DNA of 63,898 bases, filler included, from Octopus bimaculoides (lineage: Eukaryota): NCBI RefSeq assembly GCF_001194135.2. It is 4 parts of 4 records of this genome, joined end to end, with 100 filler letters (N's around TTAATTAATTAA, not from the genome) between each part and the next. Parts side by side here need not be neighbours in the genome. Positions count along the whole stretch, not along the records: positions 1 to 13,110 come from NC_069001.1; 3 more parts are not named here. The stretch is one strand, 5' to 3'. The position numbers and the translations under genes were made by a program. Under the pieces are notes generated by a model. The model worked only from the letters and a program-made list of their open reading frames with translations, had not been told where the DNA came from and searched no databases. This document shows positions 1-13,210 of this stretch, one piece after another. Numbering within the stretch: position 1 is the stretch's first letter; each line of letters opens with the position of its first letter.

Positions 1-32
<32 letters not shown>

Positions 33-2119
33 ATAAGTCCCACCTTAAGAATAGTTACTCGGTTCGATTTATTCGGCTTATCACTTTCATGACTGTGATC
101 CAATTTGGTCGGCGTCCAATGAATGTAAAAAAAGAAAAAAATAACAAATCACATGTGTATATGTATATATATGACACCATATGGATTTCCAAACTTGAAA
201 ACATGAAATAGTTTTTGTGAGGTCGTTTTATCTCGAATCAAATAAGCTATAAATAATACGTTTTAAATATGGCGGCATCTGTCCCTTTAAATGGAAAATA
301 TTGATGTCTACACGTAGAACTCAAACCCACATTCAACGTAAACATAACAGTTGTTCTATCAATTAATCCATGCAATCCTTTTTAATCTTCCTGCCCTTTT
401 TAGAAACTTTATAATTATATATGAGAATTGCATGTCGCTGAAGCCATAAGACATACTAAAGGGGACATGAATCAATTACTTGGAATGCTTTATATCGAAG
501 CAAACAAGTTCTAAATAATAGCGTTTAAATATCAAGTCAAAACCGCTTTGGTTATAAAGTGTCGAAAGCTACACGTGGGATGCGAATACAAAACTTGTGT
601 GAAAATAACAGGCTTTCTACTAGTGAACTAATACAATTTTTTGGAATCCGTAGAACATACTATACACTAAGCAGTTACTTACATTGCTGTACATATCATT
701 GCTATACATACCAGCTCTGACCATTTTACGTTTATACGTATTTTGATATATAGATAGAGCACTCCGCTCGTGAATATTGACAATGCACCTGCTCAGGTAT
801 GCGTAGGCCTGTGCAAAAAAGTTTGAGGAAGACTGAAAGCTGGTTCTGCTATAATTTCATTTAGAAGAGAACCTCTAGAAAGTCTTGAGGTGTTCTCTTA
901 GAAATGTTACCATATCAGTTTTTACTGGTACAACAGAATAAACTCCGATATTTTACAGGTTATTCGCGTGGGACTCCTAAAATTATGTAGGACATCATGG
1001 GATCTTCCTGTAGCTAATTTTTCATCGTTTCACTTCGCATCTTACCATTAGGCCACGAGATGGTGCACAGAGTGTCTTGTAAATTTCTGTGCTTTCAAAT
1101 GTAATGTACTGCATTAAAATTCTTTGGTTCGAACGCATGAGCTACCGGTGATAAACTAATAATATTTTAACCAAGTAACAGATGCAGCTATGAATTTTAA
1201 CTGTCCATTTTTACATTAAAATGTATTTATATTAAGGATCCCTCGGTGAATGTTGACCCGGTATATTCGCATGTATAGACTAAATTAAGCAAGACTACTT
1301 GGGGAGATTTGACCGTTAGCTAAGCATACACACCACCACTTTTCCTGGATACTGATATTAAGCAAAATTTCATAAGGACGATAGTCACTTGCCCATGCAT
1401 ACAAATTTCCTTCTCTCCTGGATACAGGTGTTTGTGCAGGGAAATGGCTACCTGCTTGGGTAAAGGTGCGGGACAGTGTCGATGCCCAATATGATGATTG
1501 GAACCGAGAATTAAAGGACATGCCATTTAGTTATGCTTTTAAAATCTTAAATACAGACTAGCTATAATTTGGGTTTCGATATATTAATATCTGCCAAAAT
1601 CTTGTACCAGTTGCTACATGTGCAATATTTCTCTATTTACTGTGTGATTTCGTACTAATGGATAGATTTTGTTTCCGGCATGACTTGGAAAAATCTGAAA
1701 TTCCTTCTGTTCATATATATAAATACCTTCAAAGCAAAGGTTTGTATATACATATACGGACACGCAAAAGCACAAAAACACACACACGTACACACATACA
1801 CGTGCATACATGTTTCTTGTTCTTTTTCGTGAATTTTTAATCTGTTACACAAATATCACGTAACACACAAACCAATATTGTTTCATCATTTGGTATACTT
1901 ATTAAATATTTTCCTTCTATAAATAAACTACGGATATCTAATTTACATTATCCATCCTCATAAAATATAAAAATATTACAGCATATTTCTAAATAACGAA
2001 AATGATTTAATGTTTCAGTTTTCTTGAATGAATACTGTCTTGAACGTTATTTAGGTTCACCATTGCTACGTGTAAGTGAGACCATCAACGATAATGTATC
2101 CAGCTCATTGGGCACCATG

Positions 2120-2440
2120 TAAATCCTTATATAAATTCTTGAGGTCGGTGGAGGTTATCTAAATGTTTATACAAATTGTTGAGTTCAATCTAGAGAATGT
2201 GAGATTATAGATAAATTGCTTAGGTTAGTGTTGATTACGTTAACTGGGGAGTGCAATATGGATTATTGCTGATATCAATGTGGTTTATCTAAACATTTAT
2301 TAAACTGTGAAAATCCTTGTGGATTAAGTAAATCTTTATATGAATCGTAGAGGTTAATGTCGATTATGTAAATATTTATTTCAACTGCTAATATCTTTAA
2401 ATATTTATGCATATTGCTGAGGGCAATGTGGAATATTTTA
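2120..2440. repeat. Degenerate ~40-bp minisatellite, about 7-8 units
   Basis: Units start at 2120, 2160, 2200, 2290, 2329 and 2369. Approximate consensus TAAATATTTATATAAATTGCTGAGGTCAATGTGGATTATG. Confidence 0.75.
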
Positions 2441-4609
2441 ATCCTTAATTAAATTATTGTCATCCATCTCTATTTTCTTTCGAAAACATGTAAATGTTTG
2501 GGGTCGTAATAAACTATGTAAATCCAGCATGTGGGTTTGTTGCTGATTAGCATCATGTCAATCCTGGTCAAAGAAATTTGTGATCAAAAGCAAGCTTTAG
2601 GCCAGCGTAACTTTCACTAAAGCACGACAGCGAGTTCTAAAATTTGCTCAAAGAAAATATTGCCTTCAATGTGAGCGTAATATATAAACCTCTGTTAATG
2701 ACAATGAACAGTTACGTGTCGTTATTGAAATAAATTCAAGCCAAACAACTAGATAGGTGGATAAAGAGTTAAGCTTTGAACATTCCATAATTTCTAGATT
2801 ATTTATGCAATATTTAAAAATTCAAAATATCAGCACCTGAGTGCTACTTGATTTGAATTAAAATCAAATATATGTACCAAAAGGAAAACCACACAATAAA
2901 AACAAGACCGCTTATCAACATGAGGTCTATTCTGCACTTATTCTACAGAATAAAAGCGATCCATTTGTTGATTGCTTTAAGATACGTGAGATAAAAATGC
3001 ATTCAATAAGCAGTGTCTGAGTTGTGATGAAGCATAAAATCATTTCTCCAAACTCGATGCTACTTCAAAAACAAAAAAATGCTCTGGAAAGTCTATGTTG
3101 GAATCGTCCACTACGCTATTTCGCGTTATCTTCTTAAATAAGCACAGAAGAGATGTATTGACAGCTGAGTGGAAAAACGCATCAAGTACTTGAGCGTTTA
3201 TATCCACCATTCGTCAATCAAAATTACTAATTGTTGTCCATAACAATGCCTGATCAAATATGTAAATCAATATGTTGGCAGAAAAAATCAAAAGATCTGA
3301 GCTTTGTTCCTCTATCTTGACCAGAGTACTCCTCACACTGTTCACCGCAGGCTATCACGTTTTTGTTATTACCTCGATAACTTCTTGTAATTCAAAGTCT
3401 TCAACAACAAAACATCAGCTCTCAAAAACCCTTAAAAGTATCGCCCGGTTCCATGTTTCTAGTATTATATGCTACTTATTGATTCTTGTCAGATGAAGTA
3501 CGTATGTTCTAATATTTATTATTTCTTTTAACTGAAGGCAAATAGCTGCCAAAGTCGTTACCACCGTGGATAAACTGTTTAGCGACAGATTTTTCTTGCT
3601 CTTTATGTTACGAGATCAAATATTCAACTTTGCTTTTCATCATTTCGGGGTTGATAAATTAATTACCAGTCAAGCACTGGATACGATGTAATCGACTAGT
3701 CCTTACATGCCAAATTTTCAGGCCCTGTGTATGTATTAAATGCAATTATTTCTTTTAATTGTATAATTTAGATATAAGAGCAGCAAATTTGTGGTAAGAT
3801 AAAAATCGACAGAATTCATTTCACAGGTACGCCATTTTATCATTCTCAGAAGGATAACAGGCAAACAGATGTCTCCGGTGGAAACTGAATTGAGAAAGTA
3901 CAGCAACTGTAGAAATACTGAAAACATATTTTTCGACGGGCTAAGAAATCTGACAATAATTTTATCCGAGCTGAATCACATTGTAATAAATTCTGTGTTT
4001 AAATCCTGTAATAATATTTGGCTTGTAACAGATATGTAACCATAACAACCTTCAGACATTCAGTACCAGGGAGTCGAAGTTGTTTGCCAGCACAGCATAT
4101 ATGTAGAAATGTTGCAGTGATTTGAAAGGAGATGTTATCTGGACTAGCTGTATTGGGATATGTGCTGTCAGATGTAACAGCAATTTGATATCTGAATTAC
4201 AAGAAGAAAAAGAAACGATTTAGAGATATGATCAAACATTGCTTTACAGATAGAATATTGAAAGAATTAATTTACGAAGAAGACCTCATTGTTAACATAC
4301 GCTTAAAGGATGCTAGTCAAAAGATATATTCATAGTGAGAGCAACTAATGAGATAAAAACACTGCTTAGATTAGAATAGATATGTAATGTCTGTTTTCGT
4401 TTTCACTATTTCGTCATAGTAGACGTTTTTCCATTAAACAATTCAACTAGCATTGTTTCCAATCATGATCATGTGATATTCAAATACCTACGGAAAGGAA
4501 CGAGTTCACGCTATTTTATCACCTGCCTCTGATGTGTCAATCACCCACAAAATATTCAGGTAGAAAATAATTTTTTTCATTTAAAGTTACTTCATGTAAT
4601 GCAAGTAGT

Positions 4610-4820
4610 TTTTTCTAATATAGGCACAAGGCCTGAAATTTGGTGAGAGTTGAACAGTCGATTACATGGACCCAGCGTTTCACTGGTACTTAATATATAG
4701 GTACCGAAAGGATGATAAGGGAAGTCGACCCTGGACAGAACATGAACTCAGAACGTAGCACCAAATGAAATACCGCTAAGCATTTCGTCTGGCGTGGTAA
4801 AGAATCTGCCTCCTCACCTT
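4610..4820 (-). mobile_element. SINE family B (Meta-domain-like)
   Basis: Reverse of gagctggcagaa...gcttagcggtatttc...gagttcaaatt...gtcgactttgcctttcatcctttcggggtcgataaattaagtaccag. A + fragment is at about 3620-3735. Confidence 0.8.
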
Positions 4821-4839
4821 ATTATTATCATAATATTCT

Positions 4840-5001
4840 AACTGGGCCCACCTGCACGGTCATGCGCTGTTTATCTTGATAGGAGATCACCATGTCACAC
4901 ACATATAGTTGTGATGACTGTACACGGTGTAACCTACCAGAAGGGTAGTCATGATGGGTATACTGGGCTTCGTATATTTCATCCCGGTCTCACTTTGATC
5001 C
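4840..5001 (+). mobile_element. Probable LINE 3' tail running into (ATT)n
   Basis: gggtagtcatgatgggtatactgggcttcgtatattt resembles a recurrent octopus repeat end as I recall it. It abuts a long ATT tract. Confidence 0.35.
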
Positions 5002-5061
<60 letters not shown>

Positions 5062-5097
5062 CATCATCATCATCATCATCATTATCATCATCATCAA
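5002..5097. repeat. (ATT)n(ATC)n microsatellite
   Basis: Seen directly. Confidence 0.98.
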
Positions 5098-5252
5098 AGG
5101 CAACGAGCTAGAAGAATTATTTCCACTCTGGAAAATTTGCTTCGAGTTATTTTCTCCGTTTTTACTTTTCCATCCTTTTGACGCCATTGTTTAACTAGGG
5201 TCGATACAATTGACAAGCCCCCACCCGAAGAATTTTTGATATTGTGCCTAGT

Positions 5253-5620
5253 GACCGTGTGGTAAGTGGCGCTTGCTTACCAGCCACATGGTTCCGAGTT
5301 CAGTCCCACAGCGAAGCACCTTGGGCAAGTGTCTTCTACAGCCTCGGGCCGACCAAGGGCTGGTGAGTGGATTTGGTAGACGGAAACTGAAACAAGCCCG
5401 TCGTATGTATATCTATATATATTTGTATGTGTGTGTGTGCATGTTTGTGTGTATTTGTGTATGTTTGCATGTCTGTGTTTGTCTCCCACCCACATCATCG
5501 CTTGACAACTGATGTTGGCAAAAGAGACCGATAGAATAAGTCCTAGGGTCGATTTGTTCGATTAAAGGCGGTGCTCCCGCATGGCCGCAATCACATGACT
5601 AAAACAATTAGAAAGGAATA
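5253..5620 (+). mobile_element. tRNA-derived SINE family A (CORE-like centre, internal TA/TG microsatellite)
   Basis: gtggtaag...gagttcagtccc...ccttgggcaagtgtcttcta...gatttggtagacggaaactgaa...ggcggtgctcc.gcatggcc; recurs many times in the window. Confidence 0.9.
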
Positions 5621-5657
5621 AGACAAGAATGTCAGGAAAGTGTATCTAGAAAAATGC

Positions 5658-5682
5658 ATCATCATCATCATCATCATCGTCG

Positions 5683-5778
<96 letters not shown>

Positions 5779-5810
5779 CCGTCATCGTCGTCGTCGCTGT
5801 CGTCGCCGTC
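5658..5810. repeat. (CAT)n microsatellite
   Basis: Seen directly. Confidence 0.98.
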
Positions 5811-6732
5811 AGCACGTGTCTTGTTGTAGAAAACTTAGTGACAAACTCACACATTTAAAACTTTCAAATTAAATATGGCTTCCTCTCCAGTGTAATTTTA
5901 ATGTTAGTACTACAGATTTTGCTAATCATCTGTTCTTTGTATGGAAGATATTATATTGTACAGATAAATGCCCTTTCCTCTCCTGAAACGCGAATAAACT
6001 ATGTTGCCCTCTGCGTATATCTTCCATGTCAGATATAAATATCTCTTATAAATCCCAAGCAAGTTATTTATTGAAAAGTGTTATGTAATCCTGTCATTGG
6101 TTATTTCGGAGAAAATCTGAAATACGATTTAAGTGTTTCTAATCTAGCTATCATATCAGATTGATGTATCAACATAATGAAATATGAAGTTGTTGAATTC
6201 CTTATCGTAGCGTGGACCGAAATGTCAAAAGTTTCCTCATAGAAAACTCAATTAGAATTATAATATAACATATTTTCATATTAACAATATTTCATATGAA
6301 ACGGGGCACCGGAGTGGCAACGTCGCGGGAACATACCAGTCAAATTTATCGTCTTATTTCATTCTTCTCTGAATTTGCTTATAACACAATGTGTTTCAAA
6401 GCTGATAATACACGGCGTCGTTGCTCCTTACAGTAATACTTTGACCCTATGACTTGCATAAGTTCGTCAACAATTAAACCTTATGTCCTCTGGGATTACT
6501 GCTGTAGTCACGTCACATTGTCGTTTCTCCTTATTGTAGCTCTATAGTGGTTATTGGTTCATCAACCCTTAAACCTAGCTTCCTTCAAGGTTATCGTTGT
6601 AGTTAGATTAGTAGAAAGAATCTGGGTGTCACTGCCCTTCCTTATTGCAATACTATTTCTCGCTGGCTTTCATAGATTCATCAGCCCTGGAATTTTGTCC
6701 GACGCGCTAATGATTCTGCCAGTTCACTCCGT

Positions 6733-6786
<54 letters not shown>

Positions 6787-7045
6787 AGCTGCTGCTACTA
6801 CTACTACTACTAATAATAATAATAATAATAATAACAAAAAGAAGAAAAAGAGGAAGCAGAGGTGGACGAGGAGGGAGCGGACGATGAGGCAGAGAAGGAG
6901 GAGGAAATTGAGGAGGAGGAAGGAGGAGGAAATTGAGGGGGAGGAGGAGGAGTACGAGGACGAGAAGAAGAAGAAGAAGAAGAAGAAGAAGAAAGGGGAG
7001 GGGAAGAAGAAGAAGAAGAAAGGGGAGGGGAAGAAGAAGAAGAAG
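6733..7045. repeat. Compound (CTA)n(ATA)n(GAG/AAG)n
   Basis: Seen directly. Confidence 0.97.
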
Positions 7046-7712
7046 ACAATAAATAATGGATTTTCTCCAAGTAGCGGCAAGACGTAATCTTCGCTTATAT
7101 TTAAACGTTATTTTTCTGAGAGCAGAAATCAAGTTGAATTTATCGTTTGCCTCTACGGAGTTACGATGCTCTTGTTGTTCTTCTTGGTGTTGCTGTCATA
7201 GTCATCATCAACGTTGTTGTTGCTGTTGTTGTTTGCGACTCCTTTTTCCCTGTTCGATCTTTCGATTGTTATTCTCTTCGTATAGCAATAAAATAAATGT
7301 AAGGAGAATATTATTATCTAGATTAGCAATATCAATAAAACGGTAGTTCCAGTATGATGTATAGAGAACCATGTCGCTGATAGAAAGGGACTGAGGGGGA
7401 AGAATGTAACAGAGAATGAGAGAGAGAGGAAAGCATAGATCTATATAGTGAGAGATAGAAGAGAGCAGAAGTGTACATGAAAAAGAGATGGGGGAATGAA
7501 AGGAAAATGGAAGAAAGAAAAGGAAAGAAAGAGACAAAGAAAGAAAAACGAAGAAAGAAAGGAAAAGAAAGAAAGAAAGAAAGAAAGGTGGGTAGACACA
7601 AGATAAGAGGAGAAAATTGGGATAAATGTGGAAAGGTATAGAGCGTATTGAACAGAGGTAAGAGAGAAAGAACAGAAAGTTATGGAATAAGATAGTGAAT
7701 GAGTGAACAACT

Positions 7713-7713
<1 letters not shown>

Positions 7714-7790
<77 letters not shown>
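7714..7790. repeat. (GA)n within a purine-rich tract
   Basis: Seen directly. Confidence 0.98.
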
Positions 7791-7793
<3 letters not shown>

Positions 7794-8640
7794 CGAGGGC
7801 GAGAAGGAGAGAGAAAGAGAGAGGTGTGGTACGTAAATGGTACGAGGGAAAGGAGGAAAGCCGAAACAGACAGCGATAATAAGAAATACTAAGTTCAGGT
7901 TATGCGATTTAAAACGTTCCAAACGTGACTATTTTGTCGATTTGTATATCTATAAACCTCTGTTTGTCAGGGTTGAACATACGTCTGCACATTTTGGGGC
8001 AGTCCTGGTCAAATATTTTCGAGGAAAACTAGCTGGCACTAATTAATACAAGGTTCCTATACATGCTCTCGTTGTTTTTACATGGAGCAATCTGTTCACT
8101 TAGTGCCATACACTCCGGTACCAGTGCGGTCGCAGATAACTTAACGACCTAGAAGGCTAATTGTTGAAAGTGCTAACAGCTCCAGTAATTCACCGTTCCA
8201 GATTGGGATGTTCTTTGTTGAACTCCAAATAATTAAAAGACAAATTTGCCCTCACACGAATTTGAACACTGAGTGCAGTGTGTCGGAACGTCTAAGGCGA
8301 ATCATTCTACGCAACGTCCGACATTGGAGCATTTCTTCCAATGAAATGCCCAGTATCAATATATTTTCATTGACCCCGAAAATAAAGAAAGAAATAATAA
8401 CCGCTACCAGATTCGAACTCCTGACGCAGAAATTCGGAAGAAATACCAAATTATTCTATCGAACGCCCGACATTCAAGTAGTTCTGCCAAGCAAAGTAGT
8501 TTTTTCTGTTTTCAACCACCTCCGAAAGGATGGAAGCCAATGTTGACCATCACGAGATTTGAACTCACAGCAACGAAATTCAGAACCTTTAGCATAAAAA
8601 ATTTCTATCCAACAATCAAATACACCGTACTTGTGTTGTA

Positions 8641-8848
8641 CGAGGTGGTGCGGAAAAGTTCCTGCTTTCGGTAACAGAAAATACAGGTGGATCAGTTAAT
8701 TCTGATTTTATTCAGCCTATTCTCCTCTCAGATTCCCACACACTGTTTGCAGTGGTCCATCAGTTTTTACTAAGCCCTGTAAAAGAACTGGGAACTTCGG
8801 GCTTTCACGATACCCTTATATCCAGGAGCTTTTCTGCACATCTTCGAA
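8641..8848. mobile_element. Mariner-derived MITE
   Basis: TA|cgaggtggtgcggaaaagttcctg at the left and a degenerate inverse ccaggagcttttctgcacatcttcg at the right. The interior resembles a decayed mariner transposase C-terminus on -. Confidence 0.7.
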
Positions 8849-10861
8849 TACGTATATGTATCGTAAAACATGGCCTTCCATTTTCATGGGAGGACAGTTG
8901 GCAAGAAACAGCTTCGAGATGGATTTTTGCATCTAATTTTATTTCCAGAATATCATAATATCATAAGTACATTGTGATTTATAGCGAGCCTCCCCTCCCT
9001 TAAATCGACCAAAAAAGGAAATCGAACAAAAGAATCCTGGATTGTTCTGAAAAATCTTGATATTTACTGCTGGAACGTACAAAAAATAAATACGCAAGAT
9101 ATCGTGTGGAATCTCGCTGTTTACCGAACAAATAACGATAAGATATTGTTTGGCATTTATCAGTACAGATCAGCAATTAGTTTGTTCAGAGAATTTATAA
9201 GCAGGAAGCAGCCTAGATTGACAACACTGAACGGTCTCGAAACACTGGTTGTCCCAGAGTCCCTGGCGCTAATTAATCGAATGTGTTATAAACACACATT
9301 CGTCGTAAATGAGAAGTTATATTACTGTGACAAAACACAGCAACGATTAGCCTGTTCACGTTCGAATCTGCCAGAATTTATAAAGAATACTTATAAAAAT
9401 TATCGGGATGATTCTTGCTGTTCGCTACACATATCAAGATATCTCTTAGTATTCGTTGTAAATGACTTTTATGATAATTTAATGGTTCGTCTATTATTGA
9501 ATTCGTTAAACATTATCTAAAAATGTATTAAGTATCAATTAATTTAATTAGAACTTCACTATTCATCATCTCATCAGACAATTACGTCTGTCAGTGGGAG
9601 TCAATTATTGACCATTTAAGTGTAAGTTTAAATACTAGTAGTAGTAAGTCTCGTTTAGAATTACACCACAGTTAAGGAAGTACTAACTGTGTTGAATAAT
9701 TTAGTCTTACATACCTCTAAAGGGACAGGATGGTGCCAACTACAGTATTTTTCACATTAGAAAATACCTGATGCTGAAAGACAACGAAAGCAAAAATATC
9801 AAAAGTAGCTGTGAGCGAGCGATAGAATCTGTAGGTGGGCGCTCGGCCTGCTAGAATAAAGGAAATAAAAAAACTCTCTTTTCCAAGCAGACTATTTGAG
9901 TGTAACTAGTAAATAGCTGATGTTCGATTACCTGGGACTGGACCTAATAAAATCTACAACTTCAAAAGTAACAGGGAACCAAATGATAGCTTTTGCACTT
10001 CAGACAATAAAGTATGATTTACAATTTGATTTATGAAACATGTATTTGGAAATTTTAAGACAGTGAAATATATTTTATATAATGAAGATGAAAAATAGTT
10101 TTCAAACCGATTGTAATTTAGTGAATATATNNNNNNNNNNNNNNNNNNNNNNNNNNNNNNNNNNNNNNNNNNNNNNNNNNNNNNNNNNNNNNNNNNNNNN
10201 NNNNNNNNNNNNNNNNNNNNNNNNNNNNNNNNNNNNNNNNNNNNNNNNNNNNNNNNNNNNNNNNNNNNNNNNNNNNNNNNNNNNNNNNNNNNNNNNNNNN
10301 NNNNNNNNNNNNNNNNNNNNNNNNNNNNNNNNNNNNNNNNNNNNNNNNNNNNNNNNNNNNNNNNNNNNNNNNNNNNNNNNTATATATATATAATAGAGAG
10401 ATATATAGTATAAATACATGTTTATATATATGTATGCACACATACACAAGCGCACACACAAATAGACATAGACACACACCCACTCACATACACGCATACA
10501 CACATACATACATACATATATATAAATATGATATAAATACATATATGTATGAATATCTACAAATACGACACGTTGTCTATCGTTCGAGGATTTGTATAAC
10601 AATAGCAGTAATTTTGCTTATATAATAGTAAGGTTTACACTTGTGTCTGAAGAAGCAGAAATTTGCAAAATACGTCCAAAAATATGAATATAAGCCAATT
10701 AAACATGCAACATATGTGACGTGAGAACATATAGACGTTAAATGTTCATTTTAATATTAATAAAGTCAATTTAACAATCATTTGCGACATATGGACATAT
10801 TTATAATAGCGCACTTATCTACAGTCTCCTCCAAACACACGTAGACACACACACACACACA

Positions 10862-10911
<50 letters not shown>

Positions 10912-11530
10912 CGCATATATGCATTCATTTAGCTATATGTGTGTGTGTATATGTCTATGTGTGTGTGTGTACTGAGGTTTGTATGTATATGTATGTGTTG
11001 TTTCATGTATATTTATACATATGTATACACATACATGTGGATGCATATGTAAACGCTTCTCTATGTCTATATTTTGTATATGTCTGCCAATATACATATG
11101 CAAGAATATCATTTCTTTCAATATTCAAGCCCTGGATATTGTGTTAGCTTCCTGGATTCCATGTAATAAATATACTTTATGTCATCAGGAAGGTGAGCTA
11201 GCAAAATCGTTCGGGTACCGGAAAAAATCCGTACCGGCATTTTATCCGACTTTACGGCGGTCAACTTTACCTTAACTTCTTCGGAGTCGACAAAAAAAAT
11301 GTTCATTCTGAAATACAACAATATATTTTCACATCAGGAATCTTGCAACGCAAATGCATAAACATATGTTTGTGTTCAACTTTACGATGAAAGTAAACAA
11401 AGTTTGCTTTTAGAAGAGTTGAGATGTATTGGAAGATACAGAAATAAATTTATTTCTCAAACGCGTGATAATGCTAATAAATAGCGTGATCAGGATAAAT
11501 TATCCATATATTGCAAAAAAATACGTTACC

Positions 11531-11603
11531 GGCCAGCCATGAGACTCGAACTCAATTCTCTGTGATTACGTGTCAAGTGTTTTACCATTAAACTAATCTG
11601 CCC
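11531..11603 (-). pseudogene. tRNA-like pseudogene or isolated SINE head
   Basis: D arm GTTT-AATGGTA-AAAC; T arm TGAG-TTCGAGT-CTCA; loop CACGTAA (CGT, Thr-like). Acceptor and anticodon stems are mismatched, so it is not called a functional tRNA. Confidence 0.5.
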
Positions 11604-11617
11604 AGCAACGAATTCTT

Positions 11618-11665
<48 letters not shown>

Positions 11666-11945
11666 TAAATACAAAATAAATTACAATGCACGTACACTGA
11701 ATAATAATGCATTAAAGCTCAGTGGAAGTTTAAGATGGAAAAAATCGGACAAGAAATGGTGTTGCATGCACGGATCTTCATCAGATAACGGGAAAAGCTC
11801 GGAGAAGAGGAAACGGTGGAGGAATCAGACAGTGAGGGGGAGAGTATATGTGCAGTTACATGGCCAGAAATAACTGAGTGGAAGTTGGAGAGAAATAGAG
11901 AATGTGGTCTCTCAAGGCAGGAGAAACATTGTGACTGAGTGAGAG

Positions 11946-11977
<32 letters not shown>

Positions 11978-12631
11978 AGTGCGTGTGTGAGTATGTGTCT
12001 ATGAGTATGTATATGTGTGAGTGCCTGTCTGTGTGTTTGTCTATGTGTGAGTATGAGTGTGTGACACTAACAGATTAACAGCCGTAGATGTAGCATATGT
12101 GATTGAGTATATATGTGTTTGTGTGCGTATGTGATCAAAGAAAAAATGAGTGACAGTTAGACAAGCAGTTGAAAATCAGAGAGAGATAGAGAGAGAGTTG
12201 GGGATAGATTAGAATAGTGAGGTCAGGAATGCAATAAACATATACACAGAATATTTTCGTCCAAATATCTTGCTTAATTCCTAAACTGAATCATAAACTA
12301 AATCTCGAAGCATAGTGGATAAATTATTGAAGTAAATAAAACCGAAAGATGTGTGTTTTTCTTTCTTCATTTTAATCCAACGTTCTTCCAGTGCTTCATA
12401 CAAATCAACAAAAACATGTCGGGAGACGTTCCATTCCTCTGTGTAATACGTTTCATTGGTGCAGATACGTCTGGCCTTAAAAACAACAAACATGGAAGTT
12501 CAAAAACTCTTCCAAACAATGGAAGACGGAAAGAAAACTTGCTTGCAAGTTTTTCCCTCGGGAAATAAGAGAAACTATATTGTATTGATCAAGAACAATG
12601 GAAGCACCAGCAGCAACAGTAGCAGCAAAAC

Positions 12632-12635
<4 letters not shown>

Positions 12636-12688
<53 letters not shown>

Positions 12689-12920
12689 CAGTAGTAGCAG
12701 TAGTAGTAGCAGCAGCAGCAGCAGCAGCAGCAGCACTAGCTGCAGTAGTAGTACCAGTAGTAAAGTGAAAACATCGACCCATTTTCCCGAGAGTCAATAA
12801 CTTCACCTGCAATTCGGTTTATTGTCTCAGAACCCTTCTAGAATCAGTAGTAGCGGCAGCAAAATCGTTATCATTGTTGCTATTATTAATAATATTATAT
12901 TATTGTTGTTGTTGTTGTTG

Positions 12921-12964
<44 letters not shown>
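12636..12964. repeat. (AGT/AGC)n and (TTG/TTA)n microsatellites
   Basis: Seen directly. Confidence 0.95.
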
Positions 12965-12966
<2 letters not shown>

Positions 12967-13110
12967 AATTAAAAGAAGAGTGCCGTTTGCTATCTAGTGA
13001 ACAATATTTCGACGCAAGATGTCGAAATGTTGTTCACGAGATAGCAAATGGCACTCTTCTTTTAATTTTGACTCTATATCTTCAGGAGGAGTTACCTCAA
13101 TCCTTTCTAT

Positions 13111-13210
13111 NNNNNNNNNNNNNNNNNNNNNNNNNNNNNNNNNNNNNNNNNNNNTTAATTAATTAANNNNNNNNNNNNNNNNNNNNNNNNNNNNNNNNNN
13201 NNNNNNNNNN
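13111..13210. other. Artificial scaffold linker N44-TTAATTAATTAA-N44
   Basis: An identical 100-bp structure occurs three times in the window. Confidence 0.97.

Noticed and set aside
266-305. AATATGGCGGC (YY1/start-like motif)
   Set aside because: The ORF stops after 11 codons, there is no donor, and there is no other promoter evidence.
770-800. IDNAPA resembling a DDE transposase motif
   Set aside because: It is an isolated hexapeptide with no surrounding transposase similarity.
4240-4340. ELIYEEDL as a decayed YADD motif or an exon
   Set aside because: The match is too short and the neighbouring RT motifs are absent.
6661-6690. CTGATGA-atctat-GAAA on -
   Set aside because: There is no stable stem II with a G-C closing pair and no stem I or III.
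5591-7132. Homopolymeric ORFs (poly-H/M/I/T/K/E)
   Set aside because: They are translations of trinucleotide microsatellites, open in several frames on both strands. The same applies to 4911-5187, 12456-13166, 32961-33608, 38889-39200 and 52871-53059.
13155-13166. TTAATTAATTAA palindrome recurring three times
   Set aside because: It is always centred in exactly 44+44 Ns and has stops in all frames, so it is an assembly spacer.
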